DNA of 64,000 nucleotides from Promethearchaeota archaeon Loki_b32 (GTDB taxonomy: Archaea; Asgardarchaeota; Lokiarchaeia; Sigyniarchaeales; SOKP01): NCBI GenBank assembly GCA_005223125.1, contig NJBH01000019.1:1-64000 (forward strand), given 5' to 3'. The notes under the pieces are model-generated. The model was given only the letters and a program-made list of their open reading frames with translations, was not told the DNA's origin and made no database searches. Shown in pieces: positions 40,782 through 51,343 of this stretch. Both the position numbers and the translations under genes were made by a program. Positions within the stretch are counted from its first letter, which is position 1. Each line of letters starts with the position of its first letter.

Positions 40782-43028
40782 TTAAAATCTAACTTCACAT
40801 CTATCAGAATCGCAAAACTTCTCCCCAATTGCGCGGTCTTTTGTATATCCTAATTCTAGCGGTTTTATATTTGATACAAAATTCTCATATTCTTCTTTTG
40901 TAATTTCTTCATAAGGAGCCTGTTTATATCCATGTTCTTTTAATGGGAGAAAGCTTATACTTTTTAATTTGTCTTCGCAAAATTGTAGAACGTGCTCAAT
41001 TTGATTCTGCTCTTCAGGTTTAAAGGTTACAGTAATAGAGATGCAATTATCAGACCATAGACGTTGATAGTCAATTGCATTAGCAGCCTGTTCCCAAATA
41101 GAAACATCATTTTTGGAGCGATCAAAATATTTTTCATGAATAGGAAACTCAGCTACAACGGTATTAGGTGAATATGAATCATCTTCAATTTTATATCCCG
41201 CCTTTACGATATGTTCAATAAGATCAGAATTTTTAGAAAGACGGATTCTCCGAATATAGTACTCGGAATGGGGGTAATGAATTCCAGGGGGCACTCCTGG
41301 AAGTAAACTAACTGTTCCACTTGGCTTAACAGTAGTTATTTTGATGGAACGAGGAATGCAAAGCCATCCTGAATATTGCTCATCTAACTCTTGAAGATAA
41401 TTATAGGCTTTATCACACCACTCCAAAATCCTTCTTCTTCCATGCTTAACAAATGCTTCTATTATACCGGTTTGTGAAATGCCCATTCTTCTATTCTTAA
41501 GCATGACGGCATTTGTCTCTTGCCAATGAGTGTTAACTAAAGTAACTGATTTTGAATATAAATACGCATATTTCAAAGTCTCCTGAAATTCTTCATATGA
41601 TTCATGTCTGGAAGGAAATGTCTCAACTAAACAGCAAAGCTCGAAACTCTCAAGGGTCTGCTCTCCACATGGATTAACTCCTGCTGCTTTCTTATCTTTA
41701 AAGTCTGGATTATCTCCCATTCTTGAATAGGCTTTAGCATTTTCTAACCAGAATATCCCAGGTTCTCCGTTTACTGCTATTTGATTTGCAATAAAAGAAT
41801 AGTCTAGACCTTTCACAGCAAACACAGAGTTATTGCTTGCCCATCTATGAGAATATAATGCTTTCTCATCTTGTTTACATGTTACAAAATCTAAATCAGT
41901 AGGATCTCCTAACGCAATTTCAGCACTCCTGCGCACATTACCCGCAACTACACATTTACCTATATAATTCATTATATCTACAATATCAACGGATGTTATT
42001 GTTTGTCCTATTCGGTTTTCAAGAATTTTTTGAATATCTTCTAACATATTTTTCAATGGTTCTGGACCAGAAGCTATCCCACCAAATCCTCTTATTGGCT
42101 CACCAGCTTTTCTAATCTTATTGAAATCAAATATAGGTGCCTGCGTTCCTAAAAAATAAGCTTCAAGTATTAATTTTAATGCATCAACCCACCCTTCTCT
42201 ACTATCAGGAATTTGAAAATCAAAATGACCTTCTGCAGGCTTTTTTATTACAATTTTCCCTGCACCTTTTGTGTCAAATCCTAAGCCGACCCCCAACATA
42301 AGGCCATCCATGCAAAAAAGAAAGGCTTTAGCATACTTTAAATTAATATCCTCTGTTGAAGCAAAACCACAGTTATTTAAAGACATTGAACCATGACGTG
42401 CGATGAATTCTGTACCCATCATCCATAATCCTCTGCCTGGTGGAAGGAACTTGAAATTCCATATCTTTTTAAACATTATTTGTGCAGATTTCTGTGCTTT
42501 TTCATCTGTCCATGGCAAACTTAGTTTTATACAGTGCTCTTTCTGAACTGAATAACAACCTTCCACAACTCTTCTAATTGTTTCCCAAAATTCTTCTTTT
42601 CTGTTTTCTTTTTCAAGGATTCTTGCATAGGTCCGTTTATAAGTAATATATCCCAAGGGACCCCAATCAGGTTGCTTGTCTTTAAAATTATTTAAAAATT
42701 CTTTATCAAGCTTAAAAGAAATATTTTCTAAATTTATAGATCGAGCAAATAGATTCCTATATTTATTCATACCACGTTGAGTTAATTCGACGCAAACTAA
42801 TTCTCTTATATAATTTGTAGTAATCTCATCCATTCCAAGACCTATAATTTTTCGAATGACATCTTCCGCTACTTTTTCAGCTATATGCATGTCAAGGCCA
42901 GTTTCTTTGTTTAGTATCTTTGCGATACTATTTTCATCGAACTTCTGCTTTTCTCCCTTAGAATTAATAACATATTTAGGATACAAATCTATTAACGAAA
43001 ACGAATTATTGGGCATTTTCTTCCTCAA
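40782..43028 (-). CDS. nrdJ: Class II (AdoCbl-dependent) ribonucleotide reductase with N-terminal ATP cone
   Basis: PPGRGLW, SLNNC, NPCGEQ, TVKPSGTVS, C-terminal FCDSDRC; VINSKGEKQKFD ATP cone. Confidence 0.92.
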   Translation of the reverse strand: MRKKMPNNSFSLIDLYPKYVINSKGEKQKFDENSIAKILNKETGLDMHIAEKVAEDVIRKIIGLGMDEITTNYIRELVCVELTQRGMNKYRNLFARSINLENISFKLDKEFLNNFKDKQPDWGPLGYITYKRTYARILEKENRKEEFWETIRRVVEGCYSVQKEHCIKLSLPWTDEKAQKSAQIMFKKIWNFKFLPPGRGLWMMGTEFIARHGSMSLNNCGFASTEDINLKYAKAFLFCMDGLMLGVGLGFDTKGAGKIVIKKPAEGHFDFQIPDSREGWVDALKLILEAYFLGTQAPIFDFNKIRKAGEPIRGFGGIASGPEPLKNMLEDIQKILENRIGQTITSVDIVDIMNYIGKCVVAGNVRRSAEIALGDPTDLDFVTCKQDEKALYSHRWASNNSVFAVKGLDYSFIANQIAVNGEPGIFWLENAKAYSRMGDNPDFKDKKAAGVNPCGEQTLESFELCCLVETFPSRHESYEEFQETLKYAYLYSKSVTLVNTHWQETNAVMLKNRRMGISQTGIIEAFVKHGRRRILEWCDKAYNYLQELDEQYSGWLCIPRSIKITTVKPSGTVSLLPGVPPGIHYPHSEYYIRRIRLSKNSDLIEHIVKAGYKIEDDSYSPNTVVAEFPIHEKYFDRSKNDVSIWEQAANAIDYQRLWSDNCISITVTFKPEEQNQIEHVLQFCEDKLKSISFLPLKEHGYKQAPYEEITKEEYENFVSNIKPLELGYTKDRAIGEKFCDSDRCEVRF

Positions 43029-43238
43029 AACTTATGTAAAATATTAATCTTTCAATTTTATCGGCTAAATTAATTAACAACTAATTTATATTGCCTTAAC
43101 CGTCCTATAAACTTATGATTTCTTTTAATTTAAAATTAATGTTTTGGTTATATTAAGCTATTGATTATTCTCTTTAATTTTTGATTATTTATCACTTGAT
43201 AAATCTATGGAACATACACTAATTTGTAAATTTATTTT

Positions 43239-43368
43239 TATTGATTTCATTTAATAAATTCTTGACAGTTTTTTGTCGAAATTAAGTCGGTATTTCTTAA
43301 TTTTATATATAATTAAACACTTTTAAAGAAAAAATCAGATTGGAATTACTAATTTTTCAATTATAAAA
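43239..43368 (+). repeat. ~130-bp imperfect direct repeat, copy 1
   Basis: Closely matches 45098-45228. Confidence 0.9.
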
Positions 43369-43557
43369 AATTGAATTAAATCATTATTTTTTATAATCAT
43401 ATAATATTTTTTTATTTGTTAATAATAATTTTAGATGATTTAAAAATCAAATCTAACAATACATAGGAGATTTTATGATTTTAATTTTTTTAAATATCTA
43501 TTTGAAAGTATAGTTATAGATTGAAATTTCTAAAGAGGATCTTTTGTCTTAAAATAA

Positions 43558-44106
43558 TTAGAACTCGCTAAGAATATTTTGGGCAAACTTTTTAGCATTT
43601 TCTATATCATTTCCATTTGGATGTTTTTTTACTTCTTCAATGAAAACTACCCATTCTTCATCATCTTTTATAATTGTATCATGAATAAATTGTTCAATAG
43701 GTGGTGATGGGATTCCTTGGCATCTGAAATAACCCTTAAAGTTAGCATTCTTTTCTTTTTTTAACTCTTCAAACGTCGCAATACATTTGCCTGACCATTT
43801 CTCAGATAACTTTTTAATCCTTTCATCTCCTTCTGGTAAATAAGTTGAGTGAGTATAAAAACCTGCAATTGCGTATTTAGGTGATTCAGGGATTTTTTTA
43901 AGAAATCGTAAAGTAGGTTTAGCTAAATCAGAATCATGACAAGGAGAACCTATAAAAACCAAATCGTAATCATTTAATTCTTCAATTTTAACTTTTTTTA
44001 TCCTTTTCAAGTTGGATTCATGATTTTTCGACGAAACTTCGTGAATTGCTTCGGCTATTTTTTCAGTGTTACCCGTCTGACTAAAATATGTGATTAGAAT
44101 TTTCAT
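43558..44106 (-). CDS. Flavodoxin-family protein
   Basis: YFSQTGNTEKIAEAI, YDLVFIGSP. Confidence 0.9.
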   Translation of the reverse strand: MKILITYFSQTGNTEKIAEAIHEVSSKNHESNLKRIKKVKIEELNDYDLVFIGSPCHDSDLAKPTLRFLKKIPESPKYAIAGFYTHSTYLPEGDERIKKLSEKWSGKCIATFEELKKEKNANFKGYFRCQGIPSPPIEQFIHDTIIKDDEEWVVFIEEVKKHPNGNDIENAKKFAQNILSEF

Positions 44107-44159
44107 GAATTAGATAATACCCCTCATTTATTTAATCTTTATATTAAAGTTCTAAGTTA

Positions 44160-44383
44160 ATTTAAATAATTTTGTGTCTTAGTCACTTCTGATCATTTTT
44201 GATCAGCATTTCCAAATAAATGTAAAAAAAGGGTAGAAATTATATGAATAAAGCAAAATTTCTGACAAAAATATTCATAGTATTTAAATAATTTTGTGTC
44301 TTAGTCACTTCTGATCATTTTTGATCAGCATTTCCAAATAAATGTAAAAAAAGGGTAGAAATTATATGAATAAAGCAAAATTT
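44160..44383 (+). repeat. Tandem 102-bp exact duplication of promoter region and first six codons
   Basis: 44160-44261 = 44282-44383; each copy carries the palindrome CTGATCA-TTTT-TGATCAG. Confidence 0.95.
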
Positions 44384-44893
44384 TTAAAAAGAAGTATTTT
44401 ATTCGCAACAATAGGTATCTTGGCGCTCAGTTTTATCCCCGCAGCTAGCGCAGGCGTTCCTCCTTTCATGCAAAGGAACGATCACGGGAATAATCTTATA
44501 TTCCCTTGGTATGTAGGTGAATGGTGGGAGTTTAGCGCTGCAGAAGACCTCTATTTTAAATTAGGCTGGGTCACAACTCCTGAAGAAATAGAAGAGGATA
44601 TATGTCCTAAACATCCATGGAAAATTAAACTCTTTATTAACAATGAGGAAATCGATTTAGATAGATATGGTTTTGTTATTGAGAAACTAAAATTCTCCTT
44701 CTGGTATCACGTCTTTGGACCGGGATATTTTGAAGTGGGAGGAGAATACCTTTTAAGATGGGAATTCTGGGTAAGACGACCTTACATGGGAGATGGCCTT
44801 AATCATTGGAGAATTATGGTAGATCATTGGGGATTATATTTACCTGCCGGTACTGAATGGAGTTTTGAATATTATTTAAATATTGTTGCATAA
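44366..44893 (+). CDS. Secreted Trp-rich hypothetical protein
   Basis: Signal peptide ending ASA; beta-rich mature domain. Confidence 0.75.
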   Translation: MNKAKFLKRSILFATIGILALSFIPAASAGVPPFMQRNDHGNNLIFPWYVGEWWEFSAAEDLYFKLGWVTTPEEIEEDICPKHPWKIKLFINNEEIDLDRYGFVIEKLKFSFWYHVFGPGYFEVGGEYLLRWEFWVRRPYMGDGLNHWRIMVDHWGLYLPAGTEWSFEYYLNIVA

Positions 44894-45097
44894 AAATTTG
44901 GTAAATTAAATCAAACAACAAAATTAATTATATAAAAGTAGTAATAAGTATATTAAAAAAAGGCTTCAAGAACGTATTAATATACTAATTTGCTACTTTC
45001 AAATTTTTTTTTATACACTTATCTTGAAAACATTTCATTTATACAATAATGTATATAGTGGTGTCTTCCTTATTTTTTAAAAAATAATGTTTTAATC

Positions 45098-45228
45098 TAT
45101 TGATTTCATTTAAAAAATTCTTGACAGTTTTTTGTCGAAATTAAGTCGGTAATTCATTATTATTATAAATAAGTAAACACTTTTAAAAAAAAATTCAGAT
45201 TGGAATTACTAATTTTTCAATTATAAAA
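45098..45228 (+). repeat. ~130-bp imperfect direct repeat, copy 2
   Basis: Closely matches 43239-43368. Confidence 0.9.
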
Positions 45229-45362
45229 TCGATAAAGATTTTTATTTCCACTTATCCTACAATTTTTAATCTGAAAATTTTTAAATACTCAAAAGCATAT
45301 AAAAAAGAAACATATAAGAAAAGCTCTAAATAAAGAAATTTATAACTCTTCTGTGAAAAAAA

Positions 45363-46286
45363 TTGGAATCAAAAAATCCAGTTCAGATAAAAAATTCTGA
45401 TAATAGTATTATTAAAGAAGAAATTAGTTTAAAGTTAAATATTTGGCTACCTGCCTTCTATGTTATATACTTTTGCTCTTTTCTAATACCGGGTGTTATT
45501 TTCATGCTATTTATTATGATGTTTTATTTACCATACTTCCTTGAAGTCAGAAATTTTATTTCTCTTTTTACTAATTTACCTTCTCTCATTGCCTCTATAT
45601 CAATTCCGTTTGTAATCATAATATGTTATCTAATACATCTATTTATTGTAGCTTTAATAACTCGTTGGTATTGGAGCTTCTCGGAAAAGAGATCTCCTTC
45701 AAAATCAGGAGTTATCCCCAGAAATATCCGGAGTAAAACTTTAAATTACTATCACTTTCGTAGTTTTATAATAAAATATCCGAAGAATGCGTTTTCACGA
45801 GGTCCTTTTCCATGGTTATTAAAATGGATGTATAATTTTGCTAGAATAAATACAATAGGGAAAGGTTCTGTTATTGAAGAACAACTTGCGGGAGATAGAT
45901 TTGTAGAAATTGGAGAAAATTGTTACATCGGTACAAATGCAGGTGTGAGTTCTCATGCTGTGGAAGGTATTTTTGGCAATATTTCATTTGCGAAAGTAAA
46001 AATGGGAAATAATTTCACTACTGCGGGATTCAATTGTGTAGCCCCTGGAGTAGATACGGGAGATAACTCATCCTGGTTACCAATGACGGGAGTAACGAAG
46101 TATAATACATTGAAAGGAAATGGAGTCTATTTTGGAGCACCTCTTAGGAAAATTTTTAAAAGAAAGATTATGGAATACCTCCAAATAACAGAGAATGATT
46201 TAAAAAGAGCAGAAGATCTCACTAAAAAGTTAACTTTATTAAAAAGTAAGAAAAAGAAAAAAAGAGAGAATATACTAAATGAGTGA
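45363..46286 (+). CDS. 2TM + left-handed beta-helix acyltransferase-like protein, type A
   Basis: Two TMs, SPSKSGVIPRN, hexapeptide repeats IGKGSVI/IGENCYIG, GVYFGAP. Confidence 0.8.
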   Translation: MESKNPVQIKNSDNSIIKEEISLKLNIWLPAFYVIYFCSFLIPGVIFMLFIMMFYLPYFLEVRNFISLFTNLPSLIASISIPFVIIICYLIHLFIVALITRWYWSFSEKRSPSKSGVIPRNIRSKTLNYYHFRSFIIKYPKNAFSRGPFPWLLKWMYNFARINTIGKGSVIEEQLAGDRFVEIGENCYIGTNAGVSSHAVEGIFGNISFAKVKMGNNFTTAGFNCVAPGVDTGDNSSWLPMTGVTKYNTLKGNGVYFGAPLRKIFKRKIMEYLQITENDLKRAEDLTKKLTLLKSKKKKKRENILNE

Positions 46287-47169
46287 AAATTTAGAAGAGA
46301 ATAAAATTGATAAGAATGAAATAGATTATACTATTGATTTTGTTACAAGTAGTGCTATCAGTAGAATTGGTATTAAATTTCTTGCTCTCTACATCCCTAT
46401 CCTTTGGATGTCTGGATACATGGCTGTTGCGGTATTTTTCGATGTATCACGCTACATTCCATGGTATATTAACATGTTTTTAATACCAGTATGGTTATTC
46501 ATTTTATATTTCATTTTTATATTTGGTATTGCAATCTTTACAAAGGCATTCCTTCTTATAATTAATATGATCCATCGACCCAGGGAGGGTGTATTTAGAG
46601 CAGAAGAGGGAGATCAAGATTACGAGTTTTGGAGACTTCGAGTAGAACTTAAAAAATTAGTACTTTGGTTTATGAGTAGAGGTCCCCTTCCATGGGTGGT
46701 TATGTGGGGATTTAGATGGATTGGAGTAAACATAGATTTCTCCAGTCATGCACAGGATGCTTGGGTTGATGGAGAGTTTATAGAATTTGGACGAAACATT
46801 ACTGTTGGACAAGGAACTGCTGTAATGAGCTCAATGGTGGTAGGGAACTACTTGATAATCAAAAAAATCATTCTTGGAGATCACATAGTAGTTGGTGGTG
46901 TATCAAATGTTTCTCCTGGTACAATAGTGGGCAAAGAGTCGGTACTCGGGGGTTTTACTACAACAATTCCCAACCAAATTATAGAACAAGCGTGGATTTA
47001 TCTGGGTCAGCCAGTAGCAAGAAAATTAAAACCGAATAAATATGCAGAACAAAGACGTGATGTAATTTTAAGGAGACAAGTTGATGAGGAAGTGAAATAT
47101 GAAGTTAAGCAAGAAGTTAATATCGATGAAGATAAGAAAATGTTATTAGATAAAAATAAAGAGGATTAA
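46279..47169 (+). CDS. 2TM + left-handed beta-helix acyltransferase-like protein, type B
   Basis: DFVTSSAISR, two TMs, HRPREGVF, FGRNITVGQG, IYLGQP. Confidence 0.8.
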   Translation: MSENLEENKIDKNEIDYTIDFVTSSAISRIGIKFLALYIPILWMSGYMAVAVFFDVSRYIPWYINMFLIPVWLFILYFIFIFGIAIFTKAFLLIINMIHRPREGVFRAEEGDQDYEFWRLRVELKKLVLWFMSRGPLPWVVMWGFRWIGVNIDFSSHAQDAWVDGEFIEFGRNITVGQGTAVMSSMVVGNYLIIKKIILGDHIVVGGVSNVSPGTIVGKESVLGGFTTTIPNQIIEQAWIYLGQPVARKLKPNKYAEQRRDVILRRQVDEEVKYEVKQEVNIDEDKKMLLDKNKED

Positions 47170-47174
47170 GAATA

Positions 47175-48023
47175 ATGTCTGTACCTTCAAGTTTAAACGT
47201 TGGACCAAATACTACTCTTACTTTAGTAAAGAAGAGGTACCTAATCTTATATATTTTTTTAATTTGGACAAGCATTTTCTCAATTCAATTTGAATTATGG
47301 TTGTTATGGAGATTGTATGAATTAAAATTTATCCAATTCCTATTTTTTCTGCCACCTTTAACATTTATAATGTATTTAACATCTGTATTTGTTTCTTTGC
47401 TTTTTGCGAAACTTCTACTAGTTATCGTTAATTTAATTCATAAACCACGAGAAGGTGTTTTTCTCAGACATCATTCTGATAAAGATTATAGATATTGGAG
47501 TCTGAGAAGTACTATAAAGAAATGGCCATTATGGTTGTCTCATAAATTCCCCTTTCCTTTTCTTGATAATATTTGTTTGAAAGTGTTTGGAGTAAAAACT
47601 AAATACTCAAATTCTCTTTTTGAAGGATTTATTGATACTGAATTTATTGATTTTGGTAAGCATGTAGTAGTTGGTCAAAGTGCGATCATTCAATCAGTAG
47701 TTATTGTTGGAAATTTATTTATTATGAGAAAAACAGTTATTGAGGATAATGCAGTAATTGGTGCCCACAGTGTTGTTATGCCTGGAACTCATATGAAAAA
47801 GAATTCTATTTTAGCGGGTAGTTCTATGACCACAGTAGGACAAGAACTAGATGAAAATTGGATTTATTTGGGTGCACCAGCAAAAAGATTCAAAAAAAAT
47901 GTATTCTATGATGAAGGATTAGAAGAAATAATTAAGAAACAATTAGAAAAGAGAACAGAATCACAAGAAAAATTTGAAGATTTATATACCGTACGTGTGG
48001 ATAAAGAGACTAAAATTAATTAA
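47175..48023 (+). CDS. 2TM + left-handed beta-helix acyltransferase-like protein, type C
   Basis: MSVP...GP start, two TMs, HKPREGVF, IEDNAVIGAHSVVMPG, IYLGAPAK. Confidence 0.8.
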   Translation: MSVPSSLNVGPNTTLTLVKKRYLILYIFLIWTSIFSIQFELWLLWRLYELKFIQFLFFLPPLTFIMYLTSVFVSLLFAKLLLVIVNLIHKPREGVFLRHHSDKDYRYWSLRSTIKKWPLWLSHKFPFPFLDNICLKVFGVKTKYSNSLFEGFIDTEFIDFGKHVVVGQSAIIQSVVIVGNLFIMRKTVIEDNAVIGAHSVVMPGTHMKKNSILAGSSMTTVGQELDENWIYLGAPAKRFKKNVFYDEGLEEIIKKQLEKRTESQEKFEDLYTVRVDKETKIN

Positions 48024-48076
48024 TATAAAGTTATTTTCTCATTCATTAAAATATATACAATTAAATATGATTAAAA

Positions 48077-48871
48077 ATGAAAGTTGGATATATTCAAGCA
48101 TCTCCTATTTTTGGCGAAAAAGAAAAAAATTTTGAGCAAGTAAAAAACCTAATATCTGATATAAAGGCTGATTTACTTGTGTTACCAGAATTATTTACTA
48201 CGGGTTATACTTTTACTTCAAAGAAGGAAGCTGAATCCTTTGCTGAAGGGTTAGAAGGACCAACAGCTTACTTTTTAATAGAATTATCAAAAAAGATTAA
48301 TACTACAATAGTTGGAGGATTTGTAGAAAAATTTAAAGATGAAATATTTAATTCTGCTATGATTGTATCTAGATCAGAGGTATTAGGAGTATATAGAAAA
48401 CTTCATCTATATAATAAAGAAAAATTATGGTTTTCACCCGGAAATAAACCACCGAAAATATATAAAATAGAAGATGTAAATATAGGAATAATGATATGTT
48501 TTGATTGGATATTTCCGGAGACTGCTCGGTCACTTGCTCTTCTTGGTGCTGATATTATTGCTCATCCGGCAAATCTAGTATTACCATATTGTCAGAAAGC
48601 AATGGTTACGCGATGTTTAGAAAACAGAGTCTATGCTATAACAGCTAACAGGGTTGGTGAAGAAAAGAGAGGTGATGACCATTTTAAATTTACTGGGAAA
48701 AGTCAAATAACCTCTTATAATGGGGGTGTTTTATCCTCAGCTCCAAATAATGAAATTCATGTAGATTTTGTAGATATTGATATTACAAAAGCAAGGGATA
48801 AAAATCTAAATGATTATAATAATTTATTTGAAGATAGACATATAGAATTTTATTATAACACAGATAAATAA
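48077..48871 (+). CDS. Carbon-nitrogen hydrolase (nitrilase superfamily)
   Basis: LPELF, YRKLHL, ICFDWIFPE catalytic E-K-C. Confidence 0.92.
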   Translation: MKVGYIQASPIFGEKEKNFEQVKNLISDIKADLLVLPELFTTGYTFTSKKEAESFAEGLEGPTAYFLIELSKKINTTIVGGFVEKFKDEIFNSAMIVSRSEVLGVYRKLHLYNKEKLWFSPGNKPPKIYKIEDVNIGIMICFDWIFPETARSLALLGADIIAHPANLVLPYCQKAMVTRCLENRVYAITANRVGEEKRGDDHFKFTGKSQITSYNGGVLSSAPNNEIHVDFVDIDITKARDKNLNDYNNLFEDRHIEFYYNTDK

Positions 48872-49089
48872 AAACAAAATTTTCCTCTAAAATCATTAAA
48901 AAAAAGAAAAAAAATAACTTTATTTCTCATTTTTTTATTCAACTCTTATATAGACATTAAATATTGTAATTAATATGCCTAAAAAAGTAATTTACTCTGA
49001 AATTGAATAGTCATTGAAATTTCAAAGTCGACAATTTAATATTATAGTACTTTAAGATATAAGTATTTTTATAATTTTGTCAAATTATT

Positions 49090-49264
49090 TGGGGTTAATT
49101 TATGCAACCCCTGAGAGAATATTTTTTCCTTATACCACGTGATCTGTGCTCGAAGGGCCTCTTCTAGACTAGTACGTGGTTCATACCCCAATATTCGCCG
49201 GGCTTTGTTAATATTAGCCCGTGTATGTAATTGATCTCCTGGTCGTTTGGGTTTTATATCAAAA
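49090..49264 (-). pseudogene. Orphan 3' fragment of an NAD-dependent epimerase
   Basis: Aligns with 50203-50377 of the intact epimerase. Confidence 0.85.
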
Positions 49265-49291
49265 AATAACACTTTCCCTTTTTTTAAAAGT

Positions 49292-49717
49292 CTAGTCTGG
49301 AATTGGATCAATAATTTCGATATTGGGTATTTTTTTAAAATCTTTATCGTGAGTACATAATTTTGAAATGTGATTAGCTTCCATAAAACCGAGAATTGTT
49401 GCGTCTCTCCCTCCAATACCAGTGTGCGAATACTTAGAGAATACTGAAAAAATCAAATCTAAATCATCAAATTCAAGATTGCCAATAATGAAATCGATTG
49501 AAGTAAATAATTCCCATTTTTCTTTTGCCACAGCGGGACCCAATCTTTTAACTAAATAATGCATGACTTCAATCATAACAACAGTATTAATAGCGAGATA
49601 AGATTCATCATATATTATGTTAAAATGCTCTTTTACATATTTATGTTCTTTAATAGTCTGATCAAAAAGATAAATCCAATAATTTGAATCTATAAAAATT
49701 ATGGGTTTTGCTTCCAT
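49292..49717 (-). CDS. vapC: VapC/PIN toxin
   Basis: IFIDSNYWI, VMIEV, RDATI, THDKDF. Confidence 0.88.
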   Translation of the reverse strand: MEAKPIIFIDSNYWIYLFDQTIKEHKYVKEHFNIIYDESYLAINTVVMIEVMHYLVKRLGPAVAKEKWELFTSIDFIIGNLEFDDLDLIFSVFSKYSHTGIGGRDATILGFMEANHISKLCTHDKDFKKIPNIEIIDPIPD

Positions 49718-49953
49718 ATGCTTTTAATCATCTCAGGTGTTGGTTTCTCCTCAATAGGAGTAGTAATGCATCCCACAAGATTATTAAATATCTGTTCTTT
49801 TGTTGCTGTTTTTCTTATAAGAATGGAATTTCCTGAACTCACTTTAATTGATAATTTATCTCCTGATTTAATCAATAATTTTTCTCTTATCTTAGATGGT
49901 AAGGTTAAACGCCCTCTATCATCAATTTCCACTTTTCCCATATTATCACCCAT
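49699..49953 (-). CDS. vapB: AbrB/MazE-family antitoxin
   Basis: VEIDDRGRLTLPSKIREKLLIKSGDKL; overlaps vapC. Confidence 0.88.
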   Translation of the reverse strand: MGDNMGKVEIDDRGRLTLPSKIREKLLIKSGDKLSIKVSSGNSILIRKTATKEQIFNNLVGCITTPIEEKPTPEMIKSIWKQNP

Positions 49954-50094
49954 ACCCTAGTAATTGCCCATAATTTAAAAATCTTTGTTAAATACCTTAT
50001 CATTCAATTTAAATATGATTTTGATAAAATTTTTATTTCCATCGATGCTGGTTTATTATTAATATTTATTTAATTATTAAAAATAAATTAAATT

Positions 50095-50175
50095 ATGAAA
50101 GCAGCCGTATTAGATCGAAAAGAAATTGTTATTAATACTGGACATATAGAATTTTATTATAATACAGGTAAATAA
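50095..50175 (+). pseudogene. Chimeric mini-ORF: ADH N-terminus fused in frame to nitrilase C-terminus
   Basis: MKAAVLDRKEIVINTG+HIEFYYNTGK*; compare ADH start MKAAVFDGKKIIIKT and nitrilase end HIEFYYNTDK*. Confidence 0.75.
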
Positions 50176-50199
50176 AAACAAAAGTTTTGATTCAATTTA

Positions 50200-51165
50200 T
50201 TATGGGGTTAATTTATGCAACCCCTGAGAGAATACTTTTTCCTTATACCACGTGACCTGTGCTCGAAGAGCCTCTTCTAGACTAGTTTGCGGTTCGTAAC
50301 CCAAAATTCGGCGAGCTTTATTAATATCTGCCTTAGTATGTAGTTGGTCTCCAGATCGTTTAGGTTTTATATCAAAACGGGCTTTTTTACCCATAATTTT
50401 CTCGACAATGGCGATGCCCTCCCTAGTTGTAATTTCTTTGTCGGAACCAATATTAATTATTTCACCAATAACTTTCTCGGGGTGGTTAAAAACCAAAATG
50501 AAGCCCGCTATAACATCGGAAATTGCAGTGTAACTACGTGAGTGGTTTAAACTCTCTTCAAATAATGGAAACGGCTCGTCTAAAAGAATTGAACGGATGA
50601 GTTTCGTATATAATTTTTCTGGTCGTTCACGTGGACCAAGAACTGAGAAGATTCGCAAAGAACAAGCTGGTAGTCCCTGTTCTCGATGATAGACTAACAC
50701 TAACTGTTCAGCAGCTAATTTTGTCACACCATAGTAAGAAGTAGGTTTAGGTGCAGTATCTTCAGCATCACATGCAAATTTACCATAGATGGAAGATGTT
50801 GCGACATTGACAAAACATTTTAAACCAGACAGATTTTTTACAGCTTCCAGTAGATTATATGTTGCATTTAAATTATTACGTACGTATTGTTCATATGGTG
50901 TTGTAGCGGAAATTCCAGGTTGTGCTGCTAGATGATATATAAACTCAACATCTCCTACTATATCGGACAGATCATCAGTAACTAAATCTACTTCAAAAAT
51001 CTTTACTCCTTTAGCGGCAATTTCTTCTGCATTGAGACGTTTCAATTCGGGAGAGTAATATGGATTGAAGTTATCAATCCCTATAACATTATGCCCCATC
51101 TCAGATAGTACTTCAGATAAGTGGGAGCCTATGAATCCAGCTGCACCTGTAACAAGAATTTTCAT
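50200..51165 (-). CDS. NAD-dependent nucleotide-sugar epimerase/dehydratase
   Basis: LVTGAAGFIG, HLAAQPG, YGVTK. Confidence 0.92.
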   Translation of the reverse strand: MKILVTGAAGFIGSHLSEVLSEMGHNVIGIDNFNPYYSPELKRLNAEEIAAKGVKIFEVDLVTDDLSDIVGDVEFIYHLAAQPGISATTPYEQYVRNNLNATYNLLEAVKNLSGLKCFVNVATSSIYGKFACDAEDTAPKPTSYYGVTKLAAEQLVLVYHREQGLPACSLRIFSVLGPRERPEKLYTKLIRSILLDEPFPLFEESLNHSRSYTAISDVIAGFILVFNHPEKVIGEIINIGSDKEITTREGIAIVEKIMGKKARFDIKPKRSGDQLHTKADINKARRILGYEPQTSLEEALRAQVTWYKEKVFSQGLHKLTP

Positions 51166-51343
51166 AATTCATTCTCTTTTAATTAAAACTGTATTAAATA
51201 CCTTATTTTTTATAATACTACGAAAGGTAAATAGATAATTTAATATAATTTCTACATAAAACTTAATGTTTTTCAGAAAATATTTATAATTCTTTCCTTC
51301 TTGAATTAATGAACTATTATAAATTTTTTATATAAATTGAAAC

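Noticed and set aside
49069-49416. 115-aa ORF as a real gene
   Set aside because: It is an alternative frame of vapC running into the orphan epimerase fragment
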